This document shows positions 9,315 to 18,401 of a DNA stretch of 44,666 nucleotides, in pieces (within the stretch, counting starts at the first letter, position 1; every line of letters starts with the position of its first letter). Source of the DNA: an uncultured delta proteobacterium (lineage in GTDB: Bacteria; Desulfobacterota; Binatia; UBA9968); the NCBI GenBank assembly GCA_963840855.1, contig CAWJBB010000060.1:1-44666 (forward strand), read 5' to 3'. The notes under the pieces are model-generated. The model was not told the DNA's origin, made no database searches, and was given only the letters and a program-made list of their open reading frames with translations. Position numbers and translations under genes: made by a program.

Positions 9315-11018
9315 GTGGAGCCGTACGCAAATCTCGCTGAAAAGCTGGTCGAGCGAAAGCTCTTATCCGACGAGGAGATGGAGCGCGTTGTCAAATTGCA
9401 AGGAGAACGACACGCTCCGTTTACGCGCTTGATCGTCGAGTTGGGGTTGTTATCGGAAGACGACTTGTTGCCGGTGTTGCGCGACTATTTCAATATTCCG
9501 CTCTACTCTCTCAAGGACGAACCACTGACGCCAGCGCCCGTGGAACTGGATTCCACCATCGCGGAATTTCTCAGGTCCGCCTGCATCGTGCCGGTCAAGA
9601 TGGAAGGGCAGGAACTGGTGGTGGCGACCAATAACCCGTTTGAAATGTCCCGCCTTCATGCGTTGGAATTGGCCGCGGGCGTGCGCGTCAAACCGGTGCT
9701 GGCCAAGGAAAAGGAAATCACGGCGCGCATCGAGGCGCTTTTCGGCGCCGCCATGTTGCCGGACTCCGCGCTGTCGTCGGGCGCCCGGGAAATAGAAGGC
9801 GCCGTGGATGAAGAAGACGTCGCGCATCTGCGCGACATGGCCTCGGAAGTCCCGGTTATTCGCATGGTCAACCAGCTCCTGGTCCGTGCTCTGGAGAACC
9901 GCGCCTCGGATGTCCACATCGAGCCCTTCGAGAACCTGCTAAAAGTCCGCTACCGCATCGACGGTATCCTGCACGAGGTGGAAGCGCCACCGCGGGAGCT
10001 CAAAGCGGCGGTGGTGTCGCGCCTCAAAATTCTCGCCCAGTTGAATATCGCCGAGCGCCGTTTGCCCCAGGATGGGCGCATCAAAATCAGGCTGGCGGGC
10101 AAAGATGTCGATCTGCGTATCGCTACGGTGCCGACGTTGTACGGCGAGAGCGTCGTAATCCGCTTGTTGGAGCGCGCGCAAATTTTTACCGCGCTCGACG
10201 CTCTCGGCTTTCCGCCGGCGCCGCTCCAGCAGTTCAACGTCATGATTACCAAGCCCCACGGCATGATTCTGGTTACGGGCCCGACGGGCAGCGGCAAGAC
10301 CACGACGCTTTACGGCGCGCTGGAAAAAATCAACGATCCCGGCAAAAAAATTATCACCATCGAAGATCCCGTCGAATACCAGTTGAGCGGCGTCAATCAG
10401 ATTCAGGTCAAACCGCAAATCGGTCTTAGTTTCGCCAACGGACTGCGCTCCATCGTGCGCCAAGACCCGGACATCATCATGGTCGGCGAAATCCGCGACG
10501 CGGAAACGGCGGAGATCGCCGTGCAAGCCGCGCTCACCGGCCACCTGGTTTTTTCGACCCTGCACACCAACGACGCCGCCGGCGCGATATCGCGCCTGCT
10601 GGAAATGGGTGTGCAGGATTATCTGCTCGCTTCGTCGCTACTGGGCGTGTTGGCGCAACGGTTGGTGCGCCAGCTTTGCTTAAAGTGCCGCAAGGAAGTA
10701 CCCTTTGCCGGGGCGGTAGACCAGGAGCTGGAATGGGGCGCGACGAGTGCTTTGCAATTCGATCAAACCACCTGGGAAGCGGTCGGTTGCGACGCCTGCG
10801 CCGGCACCGGGTATCGGGGGCGTATCGGAATATTTGAGTTGTTGCCGGCCAGCGCGGAGATTTGCCGGATCATCGTGCAGCGCGCCGATGCGAGCTCTAT
10901 CCGCAGTCTGGCGATGCAGCAGGGCATGCGATTATTGCGCGAAGATGGCTGGGACAAGGTCTATCGAGGCATCACAACGCTGGCCGAGGTCGTTCGCGTC
11001 ACCCGCGAGGAAGGATAA
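9315..11018 (+). CDS. gspE: Type II secretion ATPase GspE
   Basis: ASDVHIEP, RLPQDGR, Walker A GPTGSGKT, TIEDPVE, RQDPD.IMVGEIRD, TGHLVFSTLHTND, CxxC...CxxC. Confidence 0.95.
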   Translation: MEPYANLAEKLVERKLLSDEEMERVVKLQGERHAPFTRLIVELGLLSEDDLLPVLRDYFNIPLYSLKDEPLTPAPVELDSTIAEFLRSACIVPVKMEGQELVVATNNPFEMSRLHALELAAGVRVKPVLAKEKEITARIEALFGAAMLPDSALSSGAREIEGAVDEEDVAHLRDMASEVPVIRMVNQLLVRALENRASDVHIEPFENLLKVRYRIDGILHEVEAPPRELKAAVVSRLKILAQLNIAERRLPQDGRIKIRLAGKDVDLRIATVPTLYGESVVIRLLERAQIFTALDALGFPPAPLQQFNVMITKPHGMILVTGPTGSGKTTTLYGALEKINDPGKKIITIEDPVEYQLSGVNQIQVKPQIGLSFANGLRSIVRQDPDIIMVGEIRDAETAEIAVQAALTGHLVFSTLHTNDAAGAISRLLEMGVQDYLLASSLLGVLAQRLVRQLCLKCRKEVPFAGAVDQELEWGATSALQFDQTTWEAVGCDACAGTGYRGRIGIFELLPASAEICRIIVQRADASSIRSLAMQQGMRLLREDGWDKVYRGITTLAEVVRVTREEG

Positions 11019-11022
11019 ACTT

Positions 11023-11170
11023 ATTTTAGATTTTGGATCTCGGATTTTGGATTGTCGGAGCAAGAACGCACCGATTCTCGTTCAAGAGAAGACGCATCGA
11101 CGGAGATCTCGCATGCTATTTGTACTTTCCTCTTCCGGTAATCGGAAATCCAAAATCCAAAATCCAAAAT
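11023..11170. repeat. Inverted heptamer tandem-repeat element (ATTTTGG)n ... (CCAAAAT)n
   Basis: Left arm ATTTTAG ATTTTGG ATCTCGG ATTTTGG ATTG; right arm AATCGGA AATCCAA AATCCAA AATCCAA AAT. Confidence 0.85.
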
Positions 11171-11199
11171 GGTGGGCGGCCAAAGGTTAGGCTTGAGAG

Positions 11200-12423
11200 A
11201 TGGCTTTCTTTCAATATCGCGCGGCTGACCAGGCGGGCAAGGTCGTCGAAGGTGTCATGGAAGCCGAAGTGGAGCAAAGCGTGGTGGCGCGTCTTCATGA
11301 GATGGGATGCGTGCCTTTGAAAATCATGCTGCCGCGGGACGGCTCCGCCAAGGCGCGAGAATTTCGCGTGCCGCTGTTTACCCGCCGGCGCGTCAGCCAG
11401 GGACAGTTGCTGCAGTTTACCCAGGAACTGCAAACGCTGCTCGCCGCCGGCTTGCCGCTCGACCGGAGTCTTTCGATTATGGGAAACTTGATGGAAGGAA
11501 AAGAACTCACTCAGGTCATGCGCACGTTGCTGGAGGCGGTGCGCGCCGGAAAGTCTTTGGCTGCCGCCATGGGAGAGCATCCGGACGTCTTTCCCAAACT
11601 TTACGTCAACATGATTCGCGCCGGTGAAACGGGCGGCATACTCGACAGCACGCTGCGTTATCTCGTGGATTACCTCGAAAACTCGCTGGCGCTCAAAGAG
11701 GAGGTCAAGTCGGCGCTGGTCTATCCCATCATACTGACGGTGGTGGCGGGCGTCTCGCTGATAGTTCTTTTCGTCTTCGTGATTCCACGCTTCGCCTCCA
11801 TGTTCCGCGACGTCGGCCAGGCTCTGCCGTTGATTACCCGCGTGGTTCTCGGTTCGAGTGAATTCTTAAGCGAGCACGGTTGGGTCTTGCTAATTCTACT
11901 GCTCGTCGCCACGGCCGGCGCCGTCCGTTACGTCTCGACGCCGGCGGGCAAAGCGGAGTGGGATCGCTTTTGCCTGCGCGTTTTCCTGGTGGGTGATCTC
12001 GTGAAAAAGTTTGAGACCGCCCGGTTTGCCCGGACTTTGTCTTCATTGCTCAAAGGCGGCGTCCCACTGCTGCAGGCCCTTGGCACGGTGCAAGGAGTCG
12101 TCAGCAATCGCTTGCTGGCCAACGCCATCAGCCAAGTGCAGGTGCGGGTGCGCGAGGGCAAAGGTATGGCGCGGCCGCTGGGTGAAAGCGGGCTGTTTCC
12201 GCCACTGGCGCTGAACATGATCGCCGTGGGGGAGGAAACCGGTAGATTGGACGGCATGCTTGCGGATGTCGCCGAGCATTATGACCAAGAGGTCAAGCGT
12301 ACGACCAAGAGAATGACATCGATCCTCGGGCCGGTATTGATTCTCGGCATGGCGCTCGTCATTGGCGTGGTGGTGATATCCATGCTGCTGGCCATTTTCA
12401 GTATCAATGATTTACCATTTTAA
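11200..12423 (+). CDS. gspF: Type II secretion inner-membrane platform protein GspF
   Basis: F.Y.A....G..V.G..EA N-terminus, LLAAGLPL, MIRAGETGG, ALVYP, MIAVGEETGRL. Confidence 0.95.
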   Translation: MAFFQYRAADQAGKVVEGVMEAEVEQSVVARLHEMGCVPLKIMLPRDGSAKAREFRVPLFTRRRVSQGQLLQFTQELQTLLAAGLPLDRSLSIMGNLMEGKELTQVMRTLLEAVRAGKSLAAAMGEHPDVFPKLYVNMIRAGETGGILDSTLRYLVDYLENSLALKEEVKSALVYPIILTVVAGVSLIVLFVFVIPRFASMFRDVGQALPLITRVVLGSSEFLSEHGWVLLILLLVATAGAVRYVSTPAGKAEWDRFCLRVFLVGDLVKKFETARFARTLSSLLKGGVPLLQALGTVQGVVSNRLLANAISQVQVRVREGKGMARPLGESGLFPPLALNMIAVGEETGRLDGMLADVAEHYDQEVKRTTKRMTSILGPVLILGMALVIGVVVISMLLAIFSINDLPF

Positions 12424-12623
12424 GTTTTGCCGGGTTTCCCGGGAGTAGTATTCACCACGTAGGACACGAAGCGCATTAATGGAAAGAGATGGCCGAGGAC
12501 CGCGGACCGGCCGGTCGTCCCTTCTCGCTCCGCTGGCGTCTGTTGCAACAAGGTTCCATGTTCGGGAAAATAGTTTAGACCACGTTAGCCACAAGGAAGC
12601 CTGAAGTTTGCCTTTTCAATACT

Positions 12624-13037
12624 ATGAGAAACCAACACGGCTTTACGCTTATCGAATTACTTGTCGTCATGATTATCATCGGCTTGCTCGCCGCGCTGGT
12701 GGGCCCGCGTTTCATCCGCCAGGAAGAAAAAGCGAAGGTCAAGGCAGCCAAGGCGCAAATCGAGCTCTTGAGCACGGCGCTGGACACATTCCGGCTCGAC
12801 GTCGGACGTTACCCGACTTCGCAGGAGGGCCTTGAAGCCCTGATGCGCCAGCCGGGCGGTCTCGAACGCTGGGACGGCCCTTATTTGAGAAAAGATCTGC
12901 CGCAAGATCCCTGGGGATTAGCCTACGCCTACCGCAGTCCCGGCGAGCATGGCCCATTTGACATCGTCTCCTATGGCGCTGACAAAACGCCAGGCGGCGA
13001 AGGGGATAATCGTGACATTACCAGTTGGGAAAAATAA
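12624..13037 (+). CDS. gspG: Major pseudopilin GspG
   Basis: G|FTLIELLVV, ALDTFRLDVGRYP, W.GPYL, DPWG, SYGAD..GGEG...DI. Confidence 0.96.
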   Translation: MRNQHGFTLIELLVVMIIIGLLAALVGPRFIRQEEKAKVKAAKAQIELLSTALDTFRLDVGRYPTSQEGLEALMRQPGGLERWDGPYLRKDLPQDPWGLAYAYRSPGEHGPFDIVSYGADKTPGGEGDNRDITSWEK

Positions 13038-13476
13038 CCGGGCATTTTCACTTCTGGAATTGATGCTTGTCCTGGTTTTGCTTGGCCTGGGCGCCGCGGT
13101 GGTTGTGCCAGCCATCGGCAGGGGGTTAAAAAACCGCGAAGCGCGCCAGGCGGCCTTGGGTTTCGCCGCGGCGGCGCGGGAACTTGGCAGCCGGGCAAGA
13201 TCGGAGGGGGTCCCGCAGCGTCTGGTGGTCGATGCGACGCGCAATAGTTATATACTGTCGCGGGAGAAGGAAATTGCGCTTCCGTCCAACTCGGCCTTTG
13301 CCGCGATCGAAGGCGGCGAAATGTTAGATAATGGACTGCGTCGCTTCAGCTTTTATCCGAACGGCGCCAGTTTTGGCGGCCGCGTCGACATTTCCGCCGG
13401 CGCCGACGGCGCGCAGTATTCGGTGCGTTTTCATCCTCTCACCGGCAGGGTCGAAGTGCTGCGCGGAGCGAATTGA
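13012..13476 (+). CDS. gspH: Minor pseudopilin GspH
   Basis: A|FSLLELMLV type III signal, FYPNG motif. GTG 13012 preceded by AAGGGG; position follows gspG. Confidence 0.85.
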   Translation: MTLPVGKNNRAFSLLELMLVLVLLGLGAAVVVPAIGRGLKNREARQAALGFAAAARELGSRARSEGVPQRLVVDATRNSYILSREKEIALPSNSAFAAIEGGEMLDNGLRRFSFYPNGASFGGRVDISAGADGAQYSVRFHPLTGRVEVLRGAN

Positions 13477-13892
13477 TGATCGATGATAGCCGCAAAGTAA
13501 ACCGCCGCGCGGGTTTCACTCTCCTTGAAGTTATCGTGGCGATGGCCATCGTCGGGCTCGGCGTGGTAACGCTGCTCGAGATTTTTTCGCTGGGCCTGAG
13601 GCTAGGAGCCAGAAGTTCGGTGGAGACCGAATCGATGGCTTATGGGCGCCTGGTCATGGATGAAATACTGGCGCGGCGAAACATCGACGAGGGCGCTAGC
13701 CAGGGAAACTTTCAAGACCGCGGCCGTTGGCAATTGCTGATTCAAAACGTCAATGAGCCCGAACGCACATTGTCGTTGGGCGCTGGCTGGGAGCTCAAGC
13801 GAGTGAGCGTGGCCATGCATCTCAGGGACGCGGGAAAGGAACGGGAAGTGGAGTTAATGACCTTGAGGCTCGTGCGGAAAACGGACTCATGA
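13476..13892 (+). CDS. gspI: Minor pseudopilin GspI
   Basis: G|FTLLEVIVAMAI. TGATG overlap with the gspH stop. Confidence 0.85.
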   Translation: MIDDSRKVNRRAGFTLLEVIVAMAIVGLGVVTLLEIFSLGLRLGARSSVETESMAYGRLVMDEILARRNIDEGASQGNFQDRGRWQLLIQNVNEPERTLSLGAGWELKRVSVAMHLRDAGKEREVELMTLRLVRKTDS

Positions 13893-14524
13893 AGCCGCGC
13901 CTTTCCATTAATTCAGCCCAAGCCGGATTCACCCTTTTGGAAGTGGTTCTGGCGTTTACACTTTTCGCCGTGCTTGGCGCAATTCTCTACGGCGCATTTT
14001 CCTTGGGCCACCGCGCGATGGAAAAGACTGAAGTCGTCTTTGAGGGCAATCAACGGTTTCGTTCGGCCGTCGATTTGCTCGGCAGTTACATCCGCTCCTC
14101 TTATCCTTATCGAACTTCGCCCCAGGACTCCGCCGTCTTTTTTACAGGGGAAGAGACGCAGGCAGAGTTCGTTTCCGCCTTCTCTCTGGCGCAGGGCGGC
14201 AGAGGCATGGCGAAGATCCGCATCTACGCGGAAGGCGGCCCGGGTGACGGGCAATCGATCAAACTCGAAGAACAGGGGCCGGTGCGGATCAATCAGGAAA
14301 AAGAGGCCGTGGCAATCAGCAATACTTTGGTGCTGCGCCAGCGGGTCAGCGGATTTCGCCTGGCCTATCTCGACTCACAAGACGAACGGGAGAATTGGCG
14401 CGAGCGGTGGGACCAGAGCGAGCACACGGGGTTGCCGCGGGCCGTGCGCCTGAGCTATCGCAACGAGAACGGGAAAGAAGTCCAATGGACGTTTCCCGTG
14501 ATGATGACGGTGCTCGCGCCATGA
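13889..14524 (+). CDS. gspJ: Minor pseudopilin GspJ
   Basis: G|FTLLEVVLA, W.ERW, C-terminal LPRAVRL. ATGA overlap. Confidence 0.88.
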   Translation: MKPRLSINSAQAGFTLLEVVLAFTLFAVLGAILYGAFSLGHRAMEKTEVVFEGNQRFRSAVDLLGSYIRSSYPYRTSPQDSAVFFTGEETQAEFVSAFSLAQGGRGMAKIRIYAEGGPGDGQSIKLEEQGPVRINQEKEAVAISNTLVLRQRVSGFRLAYLDSQDERENWRERWDQSEHTGLPRAVRLSYRNENGKEVQWTFPVMMTVLAP

Positions 14525-15543
14525 ACCGCTTGGTCATTGTCAATCAGCGCGGGTCCCGGGCCGGTAATCAGCGCGGAGTGGCGTTGATCATCGTGCTCTG
14601 GATTTTCATGTTTCTTTTCGTAGTGGCGTTTGATTTTAGCGCGAACGTGCGCGAGGAGGCCAACGCGGCGCACCGTTTCAGCGAAGACACCCAAGGTTAT
14701 TACCTGGCGCTGGCAGGTTTCCAGCGCGGCCTTTACGAATATGCCATGCAGTCCCAAGGCGGACCATCCGGAGAGGCGGAAACCCGTCCGGGCTTTTTCG
14801 ATTTGAGCTGGCATGAGGAAAAACTAGGTAGCGGCTCTTTCCGCGTGCGCTTGATCGATGAAGGGGGCAAGATCAACCTCAACCGCCTCGACGAGACCGC
14901 CTTGCGCCGCATCTTCACCAACATCGGCGTGGAAGAACCGCGCCGGTCGGCGCTGGTGGATTCGATTTTGGACTGGATTGATCCCGACAATCTGCATCGT
15001 GTCAACGGCGCGGAAAACGATTACTACGAATCGCTGTCTACGCCCTATACCGCCAAGAACGGTTCCTTTGACAGCGTGGAAGAACTGCTGTGGGTCAAGG
15101 GGATGACGGCGGAGCTGTTCTTTGGCGATGGCGGGGAACGCGGAGCGGCCGCCGGTGAAAATCGGCGGCCAGGCCTCGGAGACATTTTTACCGTCGATAG
15201 TCCCATTGATCGGGTTAACCTGCGCACCACGTCGGCGGAAGTAATCCACGCGCTCATGGGAATACCGCTGGAGAAAGCCCGCACATTCGTGGAGGCGAGA
15301 AAAAAGCTTTCGGATAACACCGTTGCCGATATGTTGCCCTTACTGGGGATTGGCGCGGGAGACGCGGCGGCTCGGATGTTTGTGTTCACCAATCCATCGG
15401 TAATCAGCGTAGAGGCGGACGGCCGCACGACCGGTGTGGGTTTGCCGCGGCGAGTTAAGGGCGTGGTCAGGGTCGCCGGTGGCCAGGGGAGGTTTGAAAT
15501 GGTGCGCTGGATCGACCGCGCCAGCGCGCCTGCGGGAAATTGA
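14521..15543 (+). CDS. gspK: Minor pseudopilin GspK
   Basis: QRG|VALIIVLW (no Glu5), DEGGKINLN, DWIDPD, GAE..YY, EELLWVKG, VNL.T. Confidence 0.92.
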   Translation: MNRLVIVNQRGSRAGNQRGVALIIVLWIFMFLFVVAFDFSANVREEANAAHRFSEDTQGYYLALAGFQRGLYEYAMQSQGGPSGEAETRPGFFDLSWHEEKLGSGSFRVRLIDEGGKINLNRLDETALRRIFTNIGVEEPRRSALVDSILDWIDPDNLHRVNGAENDYYESLSTPYTAKNGSFDSVEELLWVKGMTAELFFGDGGERGAAAGENRRPGLGDIFTVDSPIDRVNLRTTSAEVIHALMGIPLEKARTFVEARKKLSDNTVADMLPLLGIGAGDAAARMFVFTNPSVISVEADGRTTGVGLPRRVKGVVRVAGGQGRFEMVRWIDRASAPAGN

Positions 15544-15580
15544 AACGATCCAATACAAGGCGGTTTAGGACCGAATAGCC

Positions 15581-17101
15581 ATGAAAACTAATCGTTGGCT
15601 GCAAGATTTATCACGCGTCGATTTCACCACTAGCGTGGGGATTTATGTCATGCGCGACCGCATTATCCTGGTGCGGCTGCGTAAGGCCTTGAATAATGTT
15701 TCATTGCTGGGACAGGAAGCCTACGATCTTCCTCTCGCCGATAGCAAACAGGCGCTGTCTGGGCTGACCGGCTGGATTCCCGAAGACGTTAGCGAGATCG
15801 CGGTCAACGTTGCGAGCGACTCCGCCGAACAGGTGTTGAGGCAGGCCATGCTTGCGCTCCTGCCGCATTGTGATCCGCGCAGGGATTCCTTTTACATCTG
15901 TCTGCCCCAGGAACAAGTAGTGACGCAAGAGATTTCTCTGCCGGCGGCGGCGGCGGCCGATCTCAAACAGGTTCTCGATTACGAAATCGAGCGCTACCTG
16001 CCGTTTCGCCGCGAGGATATCTTTTACGATTACGTGCCCACGGTGAAAAAGGGCGACAAAATCGGCGTCATGTTGTTCGCGGTGCCCAAGAAAAGCCTGG
16101 CGCCGCTACTCGCGGTGTTGGCGTCCCTTGGCGTCGAGGTTAAAGGCGTGGAAACCACGGTAACCGCGATGGCCAATTTTCTACTTTTTTGCGCCGGCGA
16201 TACTACGGATCCCGTCGCCGCGGTGGGCGGCCACGACGGTGACCTGGAACTCGTGGGGGTTCAGAACCGGGAGCGCGGCTGGCGGCAGGTGCCCGAGCTG
16301 CTCTATTCATATTGGTTGCCGGAGTCCAAATTCGCTGATGGGGCGCGGCGCGAATTGTTGCAGCAGTGCGTCAAGAGCGCCGCCAAACTCTATAGCTGGG
16401 GGGCCGGGCGCTACGCCCTGGGTTCCGCCGACGGCGTACCGCCGAGCTGGAACGATCTAGTGATCGCCGGCAATCAGCGGCTAGGGAGCGGGTTGGAAAT
16501 CGCCCACGCGTCGGTGTTGCCCGCGGTGGGAGCGGCGCTGCGCGGGTTGCGAGAGGCTTCCTTCGCCGGCAATGTTCTCAGAGCGGAAGCAAAGGACGGA
16601 GAGGCTGGACCCCTTACCTATGTGAATATGGCGCTCGCGGCGCTGTTGGTTCTCGCGCTGTGCGCGTGGGGCACTACTTATCCGGTAAAAGATGAGTTGC
16701 GCTTGAGACAATTGCGGGCTGAGAACGAAAAGCTCGAACCGGCCGTGGCGGCGCTCCGCCGCGAGGAAGCAGCGCTGCAAAAAGCTCGGACCGAACAAAG
16801 CTTTTTCGGCGCCCTGGATAAACGGCGGGGTGAGGTGCTGCGGGTGCTTGATGAACTTTCCAAGATCGTGCCCAGCGCCGCCTATTTGTCGAATTTGCGT
16901 TACCGAAGCGGTGCCGTCGAAATGCAAGGAAGCGCCGAGAACGCCTCGGGACTGATTCCACTTATGGAACGTTCTCCGGTTTTCGAAAACGTCGGCTTCA
17001 ACGCCCCTTCAAACCGCGGCCGTGATAACCGAGAGACATTTTCCCTTAAAGCTGAATTGGAGCAGGCTAAAGCGAAAGCTGAAAAGGCAGGCAAACCATG
17101 A
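15581..17101 (+). CDS. gspL: GspL-like protein (PilM-like cytoplasmic domain, TM helix, PilN-like periplasmic domain)
   Basis: LP...DLKQVLDYEIERYLPF..EDIFYDY; one TM; LDELSKIVP...G.AENAS.LI..ME.SP.F.NV.F. Confidence 0.8.
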   Translation: MKTNRWLQDLSRVDFTTSVGIYVMRDRIILVRLRKALNNVSLLGQEAYDLPLADSKQALSGLTGWIPEDVSEIAVNVASDSAEQVLRQAMLALLPHCDPRRDSFYICLPQEQVVTQEISLPAAAAADLKQVLDYEIERYLPFRREDIFYDYVPTVKKGDKIGVMLFAVPKKSLAPLLAVLASLGVEVKGVETTVTAMANFLLFCAGDTTDPVAAVGGHDGDLELVGVQNRERGWRQVPELLYSYWLPESKFADGARRELLQQCVKSAAKLYSWGAGRYALGSADGVPPSWNDLVIAGNQRLGSGLEIAHASVLPAVGAALRGLREASFAGNVLRAEAKDGEAGPLTYVNMALAALLVLALCAWGTTYPVKDELRLRQLRAENEKLEPAVAALRREEAALQKARTEQSFFGALDKRRGEVLRVLDELSKIVPSAAYLSNLRYRSGAVEMQGSAENASGLIPLMERSPVFENVGFNAPSNRGRDNRETFSLKAELEQAKAKAEKAGKP

Positions 17102-17766
17102 AAAAGTTATGGCAACGGCTTTCAGCGCGAGAGAAAGGCCTCGTGGCCACGGCAGCGGCGGTCCTCTTGCTGATTGTAGCGCGCTCCTTCCTGGTCAATC
17201 CCTATTTGGAACACCGCGATTGGGTCAAGACCCAGCTGGAGGCGGAGCCGCAGCGCTTGGAAAAAAATCTTCGCTACCTGGCGCGCAAAGAGGAAATGAC
17301 CGCCGCCCTGGAATCGGTGCGCAATGAACTGAAGAACCGCGAACCCAAACTTTTGACGGGAGACACGCCTTCGGTGAGCGCGTCGGATCTTCAGGATGCG
17401 GTGCAAGCATTGGCCACGAAGGAGGGCACGCAGGTCATTACCACACGTGTGCTGAATCCGGAACCGGAGGGTTCGTTCTCGAAAATTTCCATTCAGATGG
17501 AAATCGGCGCGCATATTGATCAAGCGGCTAATTTGATTCGCAGCATCGAGACCGCCGAAAAGATGCTCCTTGTGGACGAGATCAATGTCCGGTCCCTGTT
17601 TCGCCCAATCGGGTTTCCGCAAGCGCCCGGTGTACAGCCGCCGGCGGGGCAAAATCTGCGGCTCAGCCTGACGGTGTCAGGATTTGCCCGCAATCAAGCC
17701 GCGTCGTCCGACCAACCGGAATCGGCCCCTCAGCCAGCCCGGAAGAATACCGGCAAAGCTTCTTAG
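17098..17766 (+). CDS. gspM: GspM/PilO-like assembly platform protein
   Basis: W.RLS.REK N-terminus, TM helix, coiled coil, ferredoxin-like C-terminus. Overlaps the gspL stop. Confidence 0.8.
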   Translation: MKKLWQRLSAREKGLVATAAAVLLLIVARSFLVNPYLEHRDWVKTQLEAEPQRLEKNLRYLARKEEMTAALESVRNELKNREPKLLTGDTPSVSASDLQDAVQALATKEGTQVITTRVLNPEPEGSFSKISIQMEIGAHIDQAANLIRSIETAEKMLLVDEINVRSLFRPIGFPQAPGVQPPAGQNLRLSLTVSGFARNQAASSDQPESAPQPARKNTGKAS

Positions 17767-17768
17767 CA

Positions 17769-18016
17769 TAGTGTCTCAGAACTTCGAGGACTTATTCGTT
17801 GCTTTCCGATCGTCTTTCTCGCGATGCGCCAAAGGACGGATTAGAGTCAGGCTGAAGCGGGAATCCAGAACCCCCACTAAATCTCTTCCTTTCCTAAGGG
17901 GAGACAAAGAGGGGCTCACGGATTCCGACTCGCCCTCCTCCGCGCGAAAGCGGAACCAGCGCGGAGGGGTTGGCGGCAATGACTCGCAAACAAGTAGCTA
18001 GATTTGAGAGACACTA
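17769..18016. mobile_element. 248-bp MITE-like element with terminal inverted repeats starting with TA
   Basis: TAGTGTCTC(AGAACT) at 17769 and its reverse complement (AGATTTGA)GAGACACTA ending at 18016. Internal GC-rich hairpins; no transposase. Confidence 0.55.
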
Positions 18017-18065
18017 CGATAACTTCCTCGTTTGGCTGGGCATGCATGTCACACATTGCACATTT

Positions 18066-18082
18066 CTGGCATAGATCATGCT
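18066..18082 (+). promoter_or_regulatory. Candidate sigma-54 (-24/-12) promoter upstream of gspCD
   Basis: CTGGCATAGATCATGCT has GG-N10-GC spacing and resembles YTGGCACGNNNNTTGCW. Confidence 0.4.
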
Positions 18083-18162
18083 GTAAAAGTCGGCTTTGGC
18101 GCTTTTTAAATGATCGGAAAAGTTTGGTAATAATCGTGAAATTGAGTAGCGTCAGGAAACGT

Positions 18163-18191
18163 TTGACGCCAGGTGACTCGGGCGGTATTTT
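18163..18191 (+). promoter_or_regulatory. Candidate sigma-70 promoter upstream of gspCD
   Basis: TTGACG-N17-TATTTT. The -35 box is mirrored by GCGTCAA at about 18200-18206. Confidence 0.3.
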
Positions 18192-18296
18192 AGACCGTTG
18201 CGTCAATGGTAGTTTTCATAATAGCAAATCGCTGAAAAACGCTGGGTGCCGGCCGCTCTAAAAAATCTCATAGGCGAGCCGCTCGGATTTATTTAG

Positions 18297-18362
18297 AGGA
18301 TAAGGGATGGAGGATAAGCGATAATGCGCGAAGATCACGTGCTTGTTTCATCCTGTATCCTT
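18297..18362. repeat. Inverted heptamer repeat element (AGGATAA type)
   Basis: AGGATAA GGGATGG AGGATAA ... TTCATCC TGTATCC TT. Confidence 0.6.
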
Positions 18363-18401
18363 TTGCCGTCATGCTTACTGATTTCACCAGCTAGATAGGA
18401 G

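Noticed and set aside
12424-12623. 200-nt gap before gspG as a possible riboswitch or sRNA
   Set aside because: No recognisable aptamer motif (e.g. c-di-GMP-I). Only a lone repeat arm and GC-rich sequence.
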